DNA of 64,000 nucleotides. Source: Candidatus Latescibacterota bacterium (lineage in GTDB: Bacteria > Latescibacterota > UBA2968). The translations under genes and the position numbers were made by a program. The stretch is taken from positions 3,808,001 to 3,872,000 of the forward strand of contig OZ244960.1 of the NCBI GenBank assembly GCA_965222605.1, in the 5' to 3' direction. Positions 47,718 through 57,130 of the stretch are shown one piece after another. Within the stretch, counting starts at the first letter, position 1; each line of letters starts with the position of its first letter. The notes beneath the pieces were generated by a model. It did not search any database. It was not told where the DNA came from and saw only the letters and a list, made by a program, of their open reading frames with translations.

Positions 47718-48725
47718 ATGAGTACGGAAGCGAAAAAGATCTACGACGAGGCGATTGTTATAGATGGTCTGAGCATTAGCAACTGGGAGAGCGACGCGGT
47801 GTTCAGGCGTTTGCGAGCCGGTAATATCACCGCTATCAATGCCACGGTGGCAACGTGGGAAAATTTTGTGCAGACTATGGCGTATCTATCGGCGTGGATG
47901 CGGCGCTTTCGCGAGCGCGATGATATCTTGCAGGTGAAAGAGACGGCCGATATTTACACCGCCAAAGAGCACGGCAAAACCGGGATCATTCTCAGTTTTC
48001 AGAATGCCTCGCCCATAGAAAACGAGCTGGATCGCCTGGGGCTGTTTCTCGCTCTCGGCGTGCGCGTGATTCAACTGACCTATCACGAGACCAATTTGCT
48101 GGGTAGCGGTTGCTGGGAGCGAACCGATGGTGGCCTGAGCAATTTCGGCGTGGATGCGGTGCGCGAAATGAACCGGCTCGGTATTGTTATCGATTTGTCG
48201 CACGTCGGTCCGAAAACGACAATGGACGCCATCGAGATGTCCGAGCAGCCGGTCGCCATTACCCATGCCAATGCGCGCAGTTTTTGCGGTCATCCTCGGA
48301 ACAAGGAAGAAGATGCGCTCAAGCTCCTCGCCGAAAAGGGCGGCGTTGTGGGTGCCACGTCATTCGCGAATTTTCTCCCTAAGGGATTCGATTCGACTGT
48401 CGAGGATTTTGTCGATGCCATTGACGATATGGTGGAGCGGGTCGGCATTGACCACGTGGCTATCGGCACCGATTCCACACACGATCAGCCGCTCGAGTTC
48501 TGGCATTATATCGGTTCGCAGCAGGGCACGAAGTTTCCCTCGACTTTTGCCGATGGCTCGGTGCCATACACCGAACTGAGCTTTCAACCGAAGGGAATTG
48601 ACAGCCCGGCGGAGTTTCCCAATCTGGCCGAGGCACTCGTCAATCGCGGGTACAGCGCCGAGGATATCACTAAGCTGTTGGGCGGAAATTGGATGAATCT
48701 GTTCGAGCGGGTGTGGAATGTCTGA
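47718..48725 (+). CDS. Membrane dipeptidase (peptidase M19) family
   Basis: IVIDGL, QLTY, GLSNFG..AVREMNRLG.VIDLSH, THAN..HPRNK, IGTD, LLGGNW. Confidence 0.9.
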   Translation: MSTEAKKIYDEAIVIDGLSISNWESDAVFRRLRAGNITAINATVATWENFVQTMAYLSAWMRRFRERDDILQVKETADIYTAKEHGKTGIILSFQNASPIENELDRLGLFLALGVRVIQLTYHETNLLGSGCWERTDGGLSNFGVDAVREMNRLGIVIDLSHVGPKTTMDAIEMSEQPVAITHANARSFCGHPRNKEEDALKLLAEKGGVVGATSFANFLPKGFDSTVEDFVDAIDDMVERVGIDHVAIGTDSTHDQPLEFWHYIGSQQGTKFPSTFADGSVPYTELSFQPKGIDSPAEFPNLAEALVNRGYSAEDITKLLGGNWMNLFERVWNV

Positions 48726-48790
48726 AGCAGCGGCCACCCACGTCCCGAGCGCGGTCCGTGAAGCGCATCCGGAAATCCCCTGGCGGGCGT
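48718..48790 (+). pseudogene. Internal fragment of a DUF86/HepT-type HEPN toxin
   Basis: EAAATHVPSAVREAHPEIPWR matches the DUF86 middle segment; the start and the RxxxxH motif are missing. Confidence 0.6.
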
Positions 48791-48915
48791 CCAGGCCCAA
48801 ATCCTTTCCCCATCCATACCGTTCACCTCTGAGACAAGAGGTTCTCAAACCTCTTATAACTGAGATCAAATCCGTCCAGACCATTCACAGGGTCACCTAA
48901 CGACAGGAGAAGGAC

Positions 48916-49293
48916 ATGATCGACAACATCCACAAAATTGCCCTGGTCAGCGACGATATCGAAGAGGCCGTGCGATTTTATACCCGGACCCTGGGCCTGG
49001 TGGAAATTGAGCGCTTTCACAACGAGGACGACGAGGATTTCGTCTTTTTGCAGGCCGGAGATATCATTCTGGAATTGATGCCCCAAAAGACCATGGACGC
49101 AGAAGTGGGTTTTCACCATATATCCTTTAAGGTCGACAGCGTTGACAACAGCGCCCAGGAACTCGAGGACAAGGGCGTGGGCATTGCTGTGGAGCCTTTC
49201 GACGCCGAGGGAACCGACATCCGGCTGAGCTTTTTCAAAGGGCCGAATGACGTGCTCCTGCAATTGTTTCGGCGCGAATCCGATCACGCCTGA
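48916..49293 (+). CDS. VOC/glyoxalase family protein
   Basis: IALVSDDIEEAVRFY..LGL, LEL, GFHHISFKV, FFKGP. Confidence 0.85.
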   Translation: MIDNIHKIALVSDDIEEAVRFYTRTLGLVEIERFHNEDDEDFVFLQAGDIILELMPQKTMDAEVGFHHISFKVDSVDNSAQELEDKGVGIAVEPFDAEGTDIRLSFFKGPNDVLLQLFRRESDHA

Positions 49294-49308
49294 ATTGAGA
49301 GGTTTGCT

Positions 49309-50145
49309 ATGAAAGTAGGTGTTTACGCTTCGATGTTCGGGAAGGATGATCCTCCGCGCCTGGAAAGCGTGGAAAGCTATATCCAACTGGCGTACCAATT
49401 GAAGCTGGATGTGATCGATTTCCACAGCGGGCGCGGATTCCGGTCAAAGCAGCCGGCGTACTTGCTCGAGGTGAAGATGCGGTGCCTCAGGTACGGGCTG
49501 TCGGTAGGGTATCTGGCTTCGGGTGGGCATTTTGTGGGATCCGATGCGGACCTGGCTGAGAAACTGGCCAAAGCCAGAGCAGATGTGGATACGGCCGCGT
49601 TTATAGGTGCGCCCATGATCCGGTTGTTTTGCGGGATGCCGCAGGAGGATGCTGAAGTGCAGAGGCGGGAAATTCGCTGTTTTCAGGATGCGGCCGATTA
49701 TGCCGCAGAGAAGGGGATTGCTGTAGGGCTACAGAACCATCCTTCTACAGGAGAAGATGTGCTGCGGATTCTGGAACAGACGGATCGGGACAATTTTACG
49801 CTTATTATGGACACCGGACAGTGGGTCGGATCGCCTGCGCGGAACAAGGGGGTGCCGGACCCTGAGGTGGATATTTATACGTTTATGGAACAGACAGCGC
49901 CATATACGGCCCATGTCCGGGCCAAGTTTTACAAGATCGATACAGGAGAGGAGGCGTGGCTGAATTATCCGCGGATTATTCAGATTCTGAAGGATATGGA
50001 CTTCAACGGGGCTGTCTCGGTGGTCTTTGAAGGCAAGGATTTGAATGCGTGCGACGATACGGAGGTGATTCGGCTGGCGGTAGCCCACCTGCGCGAGGTG
50101 ATTGCAGAAATTGATCTTCCTAAAGATTACAACTCGATACATTAA
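49309..50145 (+). CDS. Sugar phosphate isomerase/epimerase (xylose isomerase-like TIM barrel)
   Basis: AAFIGAPMIRLF, LQNH, MDTGQW, HVRAK, FNGAVSVVFEG. Confidence 0.8.
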   Translation: MKVGVYASMFGKDDPPRLESVESYIQLAYQLKLDVIDFHSGRGFRSKQPAYLLEVKMRCLRYGLSVGYLASGGHFVGSDADLAEKLAKARADVDTAAFIGAPMIRLFCGMPQEDAEVQRREIRCFQDAADYAAEKGIAVGLQNHPSTGEDVLRILEQTDRDNFTLIMDTGQWVGSPARNKGVPDPEVDIYTFMEQTAPYTAHVRAKFYKIDTGEEAWLNYPRIIQILKDMDFNGAVSVVFEGKDLNACDDTEVIRLAVAHLREVIAEIDLPKDYNSIH

Positions 50146-51224
50146 AACGTCTCGCCATGTTTTTCGATCAGGTCTTCATTCCATTCGATGCCGAGACCGG
50201 GCGCGTCGTCCATAATGACATGTCCGTCTTTAAATTCTAAATCGCCTACCATATCTGTGCTGAAGTTTCGCAGGTAATTTTCCACTACCAGTCCATTATC
50301 TACCGCGGCGACTACTACGCAACCCAGAGCTCCTTGTCCATGGGGGGCCATTTGCAGGTGATGGGCGCTGGCCATGGCCGCAATTTTCATCCATTCGCTG
50401 ATTCCGCCGCAGTTGTTTGGATCGGCCTGTACGATGCGTACACCGCCGCGTTCGATCAGGTCGCGAAATCCCCAGCGCGTGGCTTCGTTTTCTCCACTGG
50501 CAACTGGATAATCCAGTGCCTCGGCGACCTGTGCTGAGCCTTCGAAATCATCCGGGCGCACGGGTTCTTCATACCAGTAGGGGTCACAGGGTTCGATCAT
50601 GCGTCCGAATCGAATTGCGGTATGCGCGTCCCAGGCATTGTTCGCGTCGATCATCAGCGCGATGTCGTCGCCGATTGCTTTGCGAACAGCGTGTACCCTT
50701 TCGGCGTCTTCTTTCAATGTGACGCCCGGCCATCCCACTTTCATTTTTACCGCTTGAAATCCCTGACTTACATAGGTTGTCATTTCTTCACAGAGTTCTG
50801 GTATGCCCTTGCCTTTTTCGTAATATCCACCCGCGGCATAGGCCCATAGCTTGTTTTGTACGCCGCCGAGCAATTTCCACACGGGTTGATTGAGTATCTT
50901 GCCTTTCAAGTCCCAAAGGGCGTTGTCGGCTGCGCTGATTGCGTTGATGTATTCGCCTTTGGCAATGGGTTTGCGCGTGCCGCCCATGAATAGTTTTTCC
51001 CATAAGTACGCGATCCGCATGGGGTCTTCGCCGATCAATTTTTCTTTTAATGTGTTCAGTTTTGTCCGCACAGATCCCGAACACATGGTCATGCCTATCA
51101 AGCCTTCATCTGTATATATCTCCAATCTGGCACGGGACTTGGAGCGCGTGGTGACAATCGAGTTCCAGAATGGTTTTTCGAGGCGTTGTTTTACAATAGT
51201 TATCTTAATATCTGTGATTTTCAT
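50142..51224 (-). CDS. Mandelate racemase/muconate lactonizing enzyme family protein
   Basis: MKITDIK, ISAADNALWDLKGK, KMKVG, MIDAN, YEEP, ASGEN, APH, PGLGIE. Confidence 0.9.
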   Translation of the reverse strand: MKITDIKITIVKQRLEKPFWNSIVTTRSKSRARLEIYTDEGLIGMTMCSGSVRTKLNTLKEKLIGEDPMRIAYLWEKLFMGGTRKPIAKGEYINAISAADNALWDLKGKILNQPVWKLLGGVQNKLWAYAAGGYYEKGKGIPELCEEMTTYVSQGFQAVKMKVGWPGVTLKEDAERVHAVRKAIGDDIALMIDANNAWDAHTAIRFGRMIEPCDPYWYEEPVRPDDFEGSAQVAEALDYPVASGENEATRWGFRDLIERGGVRIVQADPNNCGGISEWMKIAAMASAHHLQMAPHGQGALGCVVVAAVDNGLVVENYLRNFSTDMVGDLEFKDGHVIMDDAPGLGIEWNEDLIEKHGETF

Positions 51225-51405
51225 TGTGGTCTCCTGTATAAAAAATCTGAATATGTAGTGGCTTTGTTGCAGGAATATAAAGTGCATCCCGAATGCGACA
51301 ATGGAAATCTCACCTGTTCTGGTATTGCTTGTGCTGTTCTGGGTGACGGGTTATCATATTTCACAATGGATTTTTTACGAAAAACTGCCAAGGAGGTCAG
51401 AGTTT

Positions 51406-53145
51406 ATGCAAAAGAGATCTATTACCGCAACCTCATCCGAAATTATCGTAGAGCAACTCGCCGGGCTGGGCGTGCAGTATGTGTTTAACAATTCTGGCTC
51501 TCGGGAGGCTCTCTTTTTTGATGCGCTCCACGTCAATCCCAATGTTCACGGCATTTTGGGGCTTCACGAGGGTAGTGTGGCCGCGATGGCAGGGGGATAT
51601 ACGCAGGGGAATCTCGATCCGGCTGTGATGGTCGTCCACCTGGGTGCCGGGCTGGCGCAGTGTTTGGGGCAGTTGATCAATGTCTGGAGTGGTAGCCTGC
51701 CCGTGGTGGTGCTCACGTTTGCGGGAGATACGGGGAGTTATGGAGACCGGGTGGGGCTGGATTTGACGCATGATGTGGGACCAACTTCGATTGCGAAGCC
51801 TTTTACCAAGGCGAGTTGGACGGTGATTGAACCGGATGGATTGCCCCAGGCGATTGAGCGCGCGCTGCGCGTTGCCAAAACACCGCCGGTCGGTCCGGTT
51901 CATCTTGCTGTTTACGACCGTTTGCTCGGAAATGAAATGGTTACTACAGAGATTCTTGAGGGAGAGATTCAGTCCGTAAGGGCGGGTTATCCGGCAGATG
52001 AGGATGTCGAAGCCGTTATTCGCGCGCTGTCCGATGCCCAGCGTCCGCTTTTTTATGTTGGGGATGGTATTTGGAAGAGTGGGGCCGAGGCGCGGGTTAC
52101 GGCGTTGGCAGAGCAGTATGGATGCCCGATTGCGGGTACATGGACGGAGATGCGCAGGACTCCGCAAAGCCACAGTCTGCACTGCGGACGGATCGCAGAG
52201 GCTGTTGCCGAGGTGTCACCCGATCTGATTGTGTGCATTGGCGTGCGTCACAATGGTCGTGGGAAACCCCAGGATTTTGATGTGTTATCGGGTGCGCAAC
52301 GCCTGATTGGAATTGGGCCAGATGTCGAGAATTTTACGAATCTTCCGGGATTGGATCTCGCGATTTTGGCAGATGAGTTCAGGACGCTTGAATGCCTTGA
52401 ACGCGCTTCGCCTCAGATGTCTTTCGCCGAGCGCCTCGCCCGTGCTGAGATGCACGCTGCTTCACTTCACGCAAAGCGAAAAGCGGCGGCAAAGCGCGTG
52501 GCGCAGCAGACCGGGCAAGTCAGACCCTGGGTGCTGGTGGATGCAATCGATCAGGGTTTGGAGAGGTTGGGCGGTGGTTTGACGATGGTCGAGCAATACG
52601 CCGTGCCAATAGATAGTCGAGGAGATGCTTATGGCGCGGGGCGCAATGCCTATATCCGAGCGGCTGGGGGATCGGAGGGTTATGGGATTGGCGGGACGAT
52701 TGGTTTGAAACTGGCCGTGCCGCACAAGCCCGTGGTTGGGTTGGTAGGCGATGGGTCGATGTATTATGCCGATTCCGGGCTTTGGACTGCTGCTCACCAC
52801 CAGATCCCGGTGCTTTTTGTGATTCCAAATAATCGGGCTTATGGTATTGTGGCGACCAATTTTGAGCGGGCGGGTGGTGTGATGAAGGAGACAGGAGAAT
52901 ACCCGGGCGTGGTTTTGGATGGGATTGATCCGGTGAAAATTGCAGATGGGTTTGGTGTGGAGGGGATGCATGTCGATGAAGAATCGGATCTGGAGGGTGC
53001 TATTGCGCGGGGATTGGATGTGGTGGAAGGCGAGGAACGCCCCTTTTTGCTGGATGTGAAATTGCCTCTTGGGCTGCCCGGGGGTGGACGGGCGGCAACG
53101 CCTTTTCAATTAACGGAGATTCGGAGCAAGGCGAGTGCGGCGTAA
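51406..53145 (+). CDS. Thiamine pyrophosphate-dependent enzyme (benzoylformate decarboxylase/ALS-like)
   Basis: GLHEGSVAAMAGGY, PVGPVHL, TPP motif GDGS...NNRAY. Confidence 0.88.
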   Translation: MQKRSITATSSEIIVEQLAGLGVQYVFNNSGSREALFFDALHVNPNVHGILGLHEGSVAAMAGGYTQGNLDPAVMVVHLGAGLAQCLGQLINVWSGSLPVVVLTFAGDTGSYGDRVGLDLTHDVGPTSIAKPFTKASWTVIEPDGLPQAIERALRVAKTPPVGPVHLAVYDRLLGNEMVTTEILEGEIQSVRAGYPADEDVEAVIRALSDAQRPLFYVGDGIWKSGAEARVTALAEQYGCPIAGTWTEMRRTPQSHSLHCGRIAEAVAEVSPDLIVCIGVRHNGRGKPQDFDVLSGAQRLIGIGPDVENFTNLPGLDLAILADEFRTLECLERASPQMSFAERLARAEMHAASLHAKRKAAAKRVAQQTGQVRPWVLVDAIDQGLERLGGGLTMVEQYAVPIDSRGDAYGAGRNAYIRAAGGSEGYGIGGTIGLKLAVPHKPVVGLVGDGSMYYADSGLWTAAHHQIPVLFVIPNNRAYGIVATNFERAGGVMKETGEYPGVVLDGIDPVKIADGFGVEGMHVDEESDLEGAIARGLDVVEGEERPFLLDVKLPLGLPGGGRAATPFQLTEIRSKASAA

Positions 53146-53324
53146 AAAAGTTCTTCGGATGACGCAGATTTAATCGTCGAGGGACAATGGGTAAAATAGC
53201 AAGTTTAAGTTGCATATTGCCATTTCTTCGGTTATGTTAGGCGTCCTGGTTCAGTGCGAGATTACTGGTCTTTACAATGGCTGACTGTTAATCATTTTTT
53301 ATCCTCTTTTTGGAGATAATTCTT

Positions 53325-54437
53325 ATGGCACTTAAAGTTGGTGTTGTTGGTATGGGTGGTATTGGCAACCGGCATGCGGGCTGTCATGCAGAAGACGACC
53401 TTGCAGATCTCGTTGCGGTGTGCGATGTTGTCAAAGAGTCCGCGGATAGGGCTGCGGAAAGACACGGTGTTAGAGCTTATTATAGCCTCAAAGACATGTT
53501 GGAGAATGAAGACCTGGATATTGTCGATGTCACGACCGGGGGCAATGAGAACGGCAGTTGGCACTACGAACCCACGATGGAGGCTCTCGCCGCTGGCAGA
53601 CACGTTTTGTGTGAAAAACCCCTGTCCAACGATATTGATGAAGCCCGCGATATGGTTGCTTATGCCGCAGAACAAAATCTGTACCTCGGTTGCAATCTCA
53701 ACCATTACTTCTCTCAACCAGCGGACAAAGCGCGAGAATATATCTCAGAAGGCAAAGTGGGGGAACAAATTTATTGTATTCACAAGATGGGTTTTGCAGG
53801 GGGCGAAGCGACTTATAAGCCAAGCAAAGCACCCAAAACGTGGGGGCATCCCTATTTTCACGTCAAGGCTTTTCTCACGCATCCTTTTAGCGTGATGCGA
53901 GATTTTTGTGGCAATATCACCCATGTGCAGGCATTTTTTGACCGCCCCAGTTTTCGCAAGCAAGCGGGCGATCTTATGATTTCTCTCAACAGTATTCACG
54001 TGCGCTTTGAAAGCGGTGCGATGGGTTATTTGCTGAGCCAGCGCGGCGATACTACCTTTGGCCTGGGCGGCTGGTGGAGCGTTGAAGTGGCGGGTACGCG
54101 CGGGACTTTTTGTATTGAAAATTGCGTTGAAAAAATCACTTTCTGGCCCGCGCCTGGCACAGCGCCTATGCCGGAGAATATGTCGCACGGTGCCTCGCCC
54201 GATCCCATTGTTGATGATTCGGGGATTACTAACTTTGACGCCACCTTTCCCTTTCGCATCCACGCTTTTCTCGAGGATGTTACGAATGGTGTGCCCAGGG
54301 AAGAACTCCGCGCTTCGGGGCACGATGCGCTCGCTGCACTCGAATACACATGGGCGGCAATTGAGTCCTATGAAAATGGCGGTGTGCTCGTCACGCCCAA
54401 TCCACTGCCTTTGCTCAAACGAGATCCGATGACTTAA
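53325..54437 (+). CDS. Gfo/Idh/MocA family oxidoreductase
   Basis: VGVVGMGGIG, LVAVCD, HVLCEKP. Confidence 0.9.
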   Translation: MALKVGVVGMGGIGNRHAGCHAEDDLADLVAVCDVVKESADRAAERHGVRAYYSLKDMLENEDLDIVDVTTGGNENGSWHYEPTMEALAAGRHVLCEKPLSNDIDEARDMVAYAAEQNLYLGCNLNHYFSQPADKAREYISEGKVGEQIYCIHKMGFAGGEATYKPSKAPKTWGHPYFHVKAFLTHPFSVMRDFCGNITHVQAFFDRPSFRKQAGDLMISLNSIHVRFESGAMGYLLSQRGDTTFGLGGWWSVEVAGTRGTFCIENCVEKITFWPAPGTAPMPENMSHGASPDPIVDDSGITNFDATFPFRIHAFLEDVTNGVPREELRASGHDALAALEYTWAAIESYENGGVLVTPNPLPLLKRDPMT

Positions 54438-54443
54438 AAAACA

Positions 54444-54478
54444 AAAAACGGGATCCGATTCAGGTGTCCCGTTTTTTT
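54444..54478. terminator. Bidirectional intrinsic terminator
   Basis: AAAAAACGGGA..TCCCGTTTTTT between convergent genes. Confidence 0.7.
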
Positions 54479-54538
54479 AGATAGTCTTTGTCAGTGGTGC
54501 ATGAAGGCGAGTGAACGATGTGCTACTGCGGTAGCAGG

Positions 54539-54901
54539 TCAATGCTTCCTGTGCAATATCGGTGATGTAATGGGAACCATTTCAATAGCAGATGGTGTAT
54601 AGGCCGATAGCGGCAGGATTTCTTTGATGGGTGAGCGTTGAAGAATATCTATAACCATATCTCTCAGTGCATCGGATAGGTCGCTCAGACCAGTCAAAGG
54701 AAAACTCCGAGGCCCTATATTCGTTTGTTGCGTCAAAATTGAATAGTCGAAAAATATCAATCCAACAGCTTTGCGTTTGGCCTTATCAATCCGAAGCAGA
54801 ATATGATCATTCAGCTCAATGCCCGTTGCTTTAACATTGGGTTCAAACGATACATAGAGTGTATCACTTTCTCTATCGTAGTTGAAATTTGGTTCATTCA
54901 T
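54539..54901 (-). CDS. DUF2283 domain protein (putative antitoxin)
   Basis: YDRESDTLYVSF...ELNDHILLR.D...AVGLIFFDYS; ATGA overlap with the upstream gene. Confidence 0.75.
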   Translation of the reverse strand: MNEPNFNYDRESDTLYVSFEPNVKATGIELNDHILLRIDKAKRKAVGLIFFDYSILTQQTNIGPRSFPLTGLSDLSDALRDMVIDILQRSPIKEILPLSAYTPSAIEMVPITSPILHRKH

Positions 54902-55230
54902 ATTGTCATAGTCTCTTTTTGGTACGCTGTGAGAATGTAATTGTTCGCAATCTCATGGCCGTTTACTTCCCGAAATTTGAAAAGGACAATGGCGACGATA
55001 TGGGTATTGTCTCCGACCAGGTCGTCAAAGGATTTGCTGTATCGGTATTTATGAAAATTTAAAGGCTCTTGTTTGCGTTGCCCCAGTAGAATCGTATCCC
55101 GAAGATGTGTTTCAAAATCCTGCATCTCATAATGGTTCCAGGGGTCAATAATGTGCTTCCATCTTTCATCGGTAAGATAGATGGTGTTGCCATATCGATC
55201 TTCAACCGTCCATCGTCTGCCAACAGCCAT
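54898..55230 (-). CDS. Putative RelE/BECR-fold toxin (DUF4258-like) paired with DUF2283
   Basis: IYLTDERWKHI...H.EM, C-terminal ILTAY; typical partner arrangement. Confidence 0.6.
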   Translation of the reverse strand: MAVGRRWTVEDRYGNTIYLTDERWKHIIDPWNHYEMQDFETHLRDTILLGQRKQEPLNFHKYRYSKSFDDLVGDNTHIVAIVLFKFREVNGHEIANNYILTAYQKETMTI

Positions 55231-55471
55231 GCAATTTCCTATTTACACAATGAAAAGAAATATGTGAAAAGTCAAGTATGTTGTATTCATTTCACACTGT
55301 TCAACTTGAACATATCGTTCATTATACCTGCAAATTTCAGGTTGTATTTCACTCCTGCAAATTTCACGCCAGTCTCTTTTGGAGATTAAGAAATAGTTGT
55401 GAAATCGAGTTGAGCAGTGTATGTTATCGCTGTCAAAGAATATCCAATCTCATTCAACAAAGGAAATAACT

Positions 55472-55816
55472 ATGAATCTGAGAGAAGAAATCAAGGACGA
55501 TATCGCGATTCTCACTCTTACAGGTGAATTGATGGACGGGCCTGACGTTTTGCCATTTCACGCGCATATCAAGCAACTCGTGGAAGATGGCACGAATCGC
55601 GTGATTGTCGATTTTTCTGCTGTGAGATGGTTTGGCAGTGCGATGCTCGGGGTTCTCACCGCATCTCTGGCGACTGTCAAAGCTGCAGGTGGCGATTTGC
55701 GCCTGGTGGGTATTACCAGAAGAATCGAGAGTATTCTCATGGTTACGTCTCTGGCTTCGGTCTTTCAAACGTTCAGAACTGTGAATCGCGCTATGGTCAG
55801 TTTTAAGTATGAATAA
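55472..55816 (+). CDS. STAS-domain anti-sigma factor antagonist
   Basis: LTGEL, VIVDFSAVRWFGSAMLGVL, GGDLRL. Confidence 0.88.
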   Translation: MNLREEIKDDIAILTLTGELMDGPDVLPFHAHIKQLVEDGTNRVIVDFSAVRWFGSAMLGVLTASLATVKAAGGDLRLVGITRRIESILMVTSLASVFQTFRTVNRAMVSFKYE

Positions 55817-55894
55817 TGAGCAGTGAGACAATGCGGGTGGGAGGCTGTGTTGTGACATACTGGGGCGCCCGCACACCCGGTTTGACAATTGACG

Positions 55895-57121
55895 ATGTCA
55901 CATTCTGAACTCACCCGCAGCGTTCGATTATATCCGATTTATGCCCCCCTCGCGCAGGCGTATTTCTGGCTGCCTATTTTTTTTCTCTATTTCAACCAGC
56001 ACATGCCCATTGAGCAGGTGCTGCGTCTCGAAGCTATTTATTATGTCGCCGTTGTTATTCTCGAAGTGCCCTCCGGATATTTGTCCGATACCCTGGGTCG
56101 TCGTCTGACCCTTCTGATCTCTGCTGTTTCAGCGATCTTTGCGTATGGTCTCTTTTTTTTGGGTGGCTCTTTTGGCGTTTTTGTGCTGGCGCAAATTGGG
56201 TTGGCTGCAAGCATGGCTTTTCGATCTGGTACGGATACGTCGTTTCACTACGATCTGCTCAAATGTTTGGATCGAGAAGACGCATATCCCCAACGGGAAG
56301 CACGCATTATGCAGAATGTTTTTATTGCTTCAGCGGGTGCTGCGTTCATTGGAGGGGTAGGCTCTATCTATGCTTTGCGCGTCGCTTATGGTTTGTCTCT
56401 GTTGGCGGCCTGCGCGGCGTTTGCGCTGGTCTTGTCATTTGCCGAACCCGACCGAGAGGCCAGCCATGTGCTCAGGGGGCAGGCTTCGGGATTTTTTTTT
56501 CAGATTCGCGCGTGTCTCGCTTATCTCGGCCAACCTGTGCTCGGGTGGTTGATGTTGTTTTCCGTTTTTATGACGGTTATCAACCATATCCCCTATGAAT
56601 TTTATCAGCCCTATATCCAGTTGCTCGGAGGCGAGGCTCCCACTCCGTTGCTTACGGGTTTACACACGGCGTTGACGATGGGCATTGCCGCGTGGTTTGC
56701 AAAACAGAGTATTCGCCTGCGCGATCATCTCGGTACGCGGTCAGCACTTATGCTCAGTACAGGGGTGCAGGTTGTTCTCATTTCACTGATGGGGTTCTTT
56801 TTTCACCCTGTTGTCGCGCTTCTTTTGACTTTTCGCTCTGTCCCACGGGCACTTATGCTTGCGCCCCTCAATGCGGCAGTTGTTCCGCGCTTGCAACAAC
56901 ACCATCGCGCGACGTATCTTTCGATTCAGAGTCTGATTGGGCGTTTGTCATTTTCGCTTTGTCTTGCTCTTCTCGCTGGTGTTTCATCGTCCGAAGTTTT
57001 AGATGTTGCGCTATCGCATACGCTTTTGCATTGCGCGATCTTTGCCATTGCGGGGTGCGTTGTCCTCGCCGTTATCGCTGTTATGATTCCCAGGTCGCGG
57101 TGGCGGTTGACGTCCGAATAG
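55895..57121 (+). CDS. MFS transporter
   Basis: LEVPSGYLSDTLGRR motif A, FRSGTD, about 12 hydrophobic segments. Confidence 0.88.
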   Translation: MSHSELTRSVRLYPIYAPLAQAYFWLPIFFLYFNQHMPIEQVLRLEAIYYVAVVILEVPSGYLSDTLGRRLTLLISAVSAIFAYGLFFLGGSFGVFVLAQIGLAASMAFRSGTDTSFHYDLLKCLDREDAYPQREARIMQNVFIASAGAAFIGGVGSIYALRVAYGLSLLAACAAFALVLSFAEPDREASHVLRGQASGFFFQIRACLAYLGQPVLGWLMLFSVFMTVINHIPYEFYQPYIQLLGGEAPTPLLTGLHTALTMGIAAWFAKQSIRLRDHLGTRSALMLSTGVQVVLISLMGFFFHPVVALLLTFRSVPRALMLAPLNAAVVPRLQQHHRATYLSIQSLIGRLSFSLCLALLAGVSSSEVLDVALSHTLLHCAIFAIAGCVVLAVIAVMIPRSRWRLTSE

Positions 57122-57130
57122 GATTTGATT

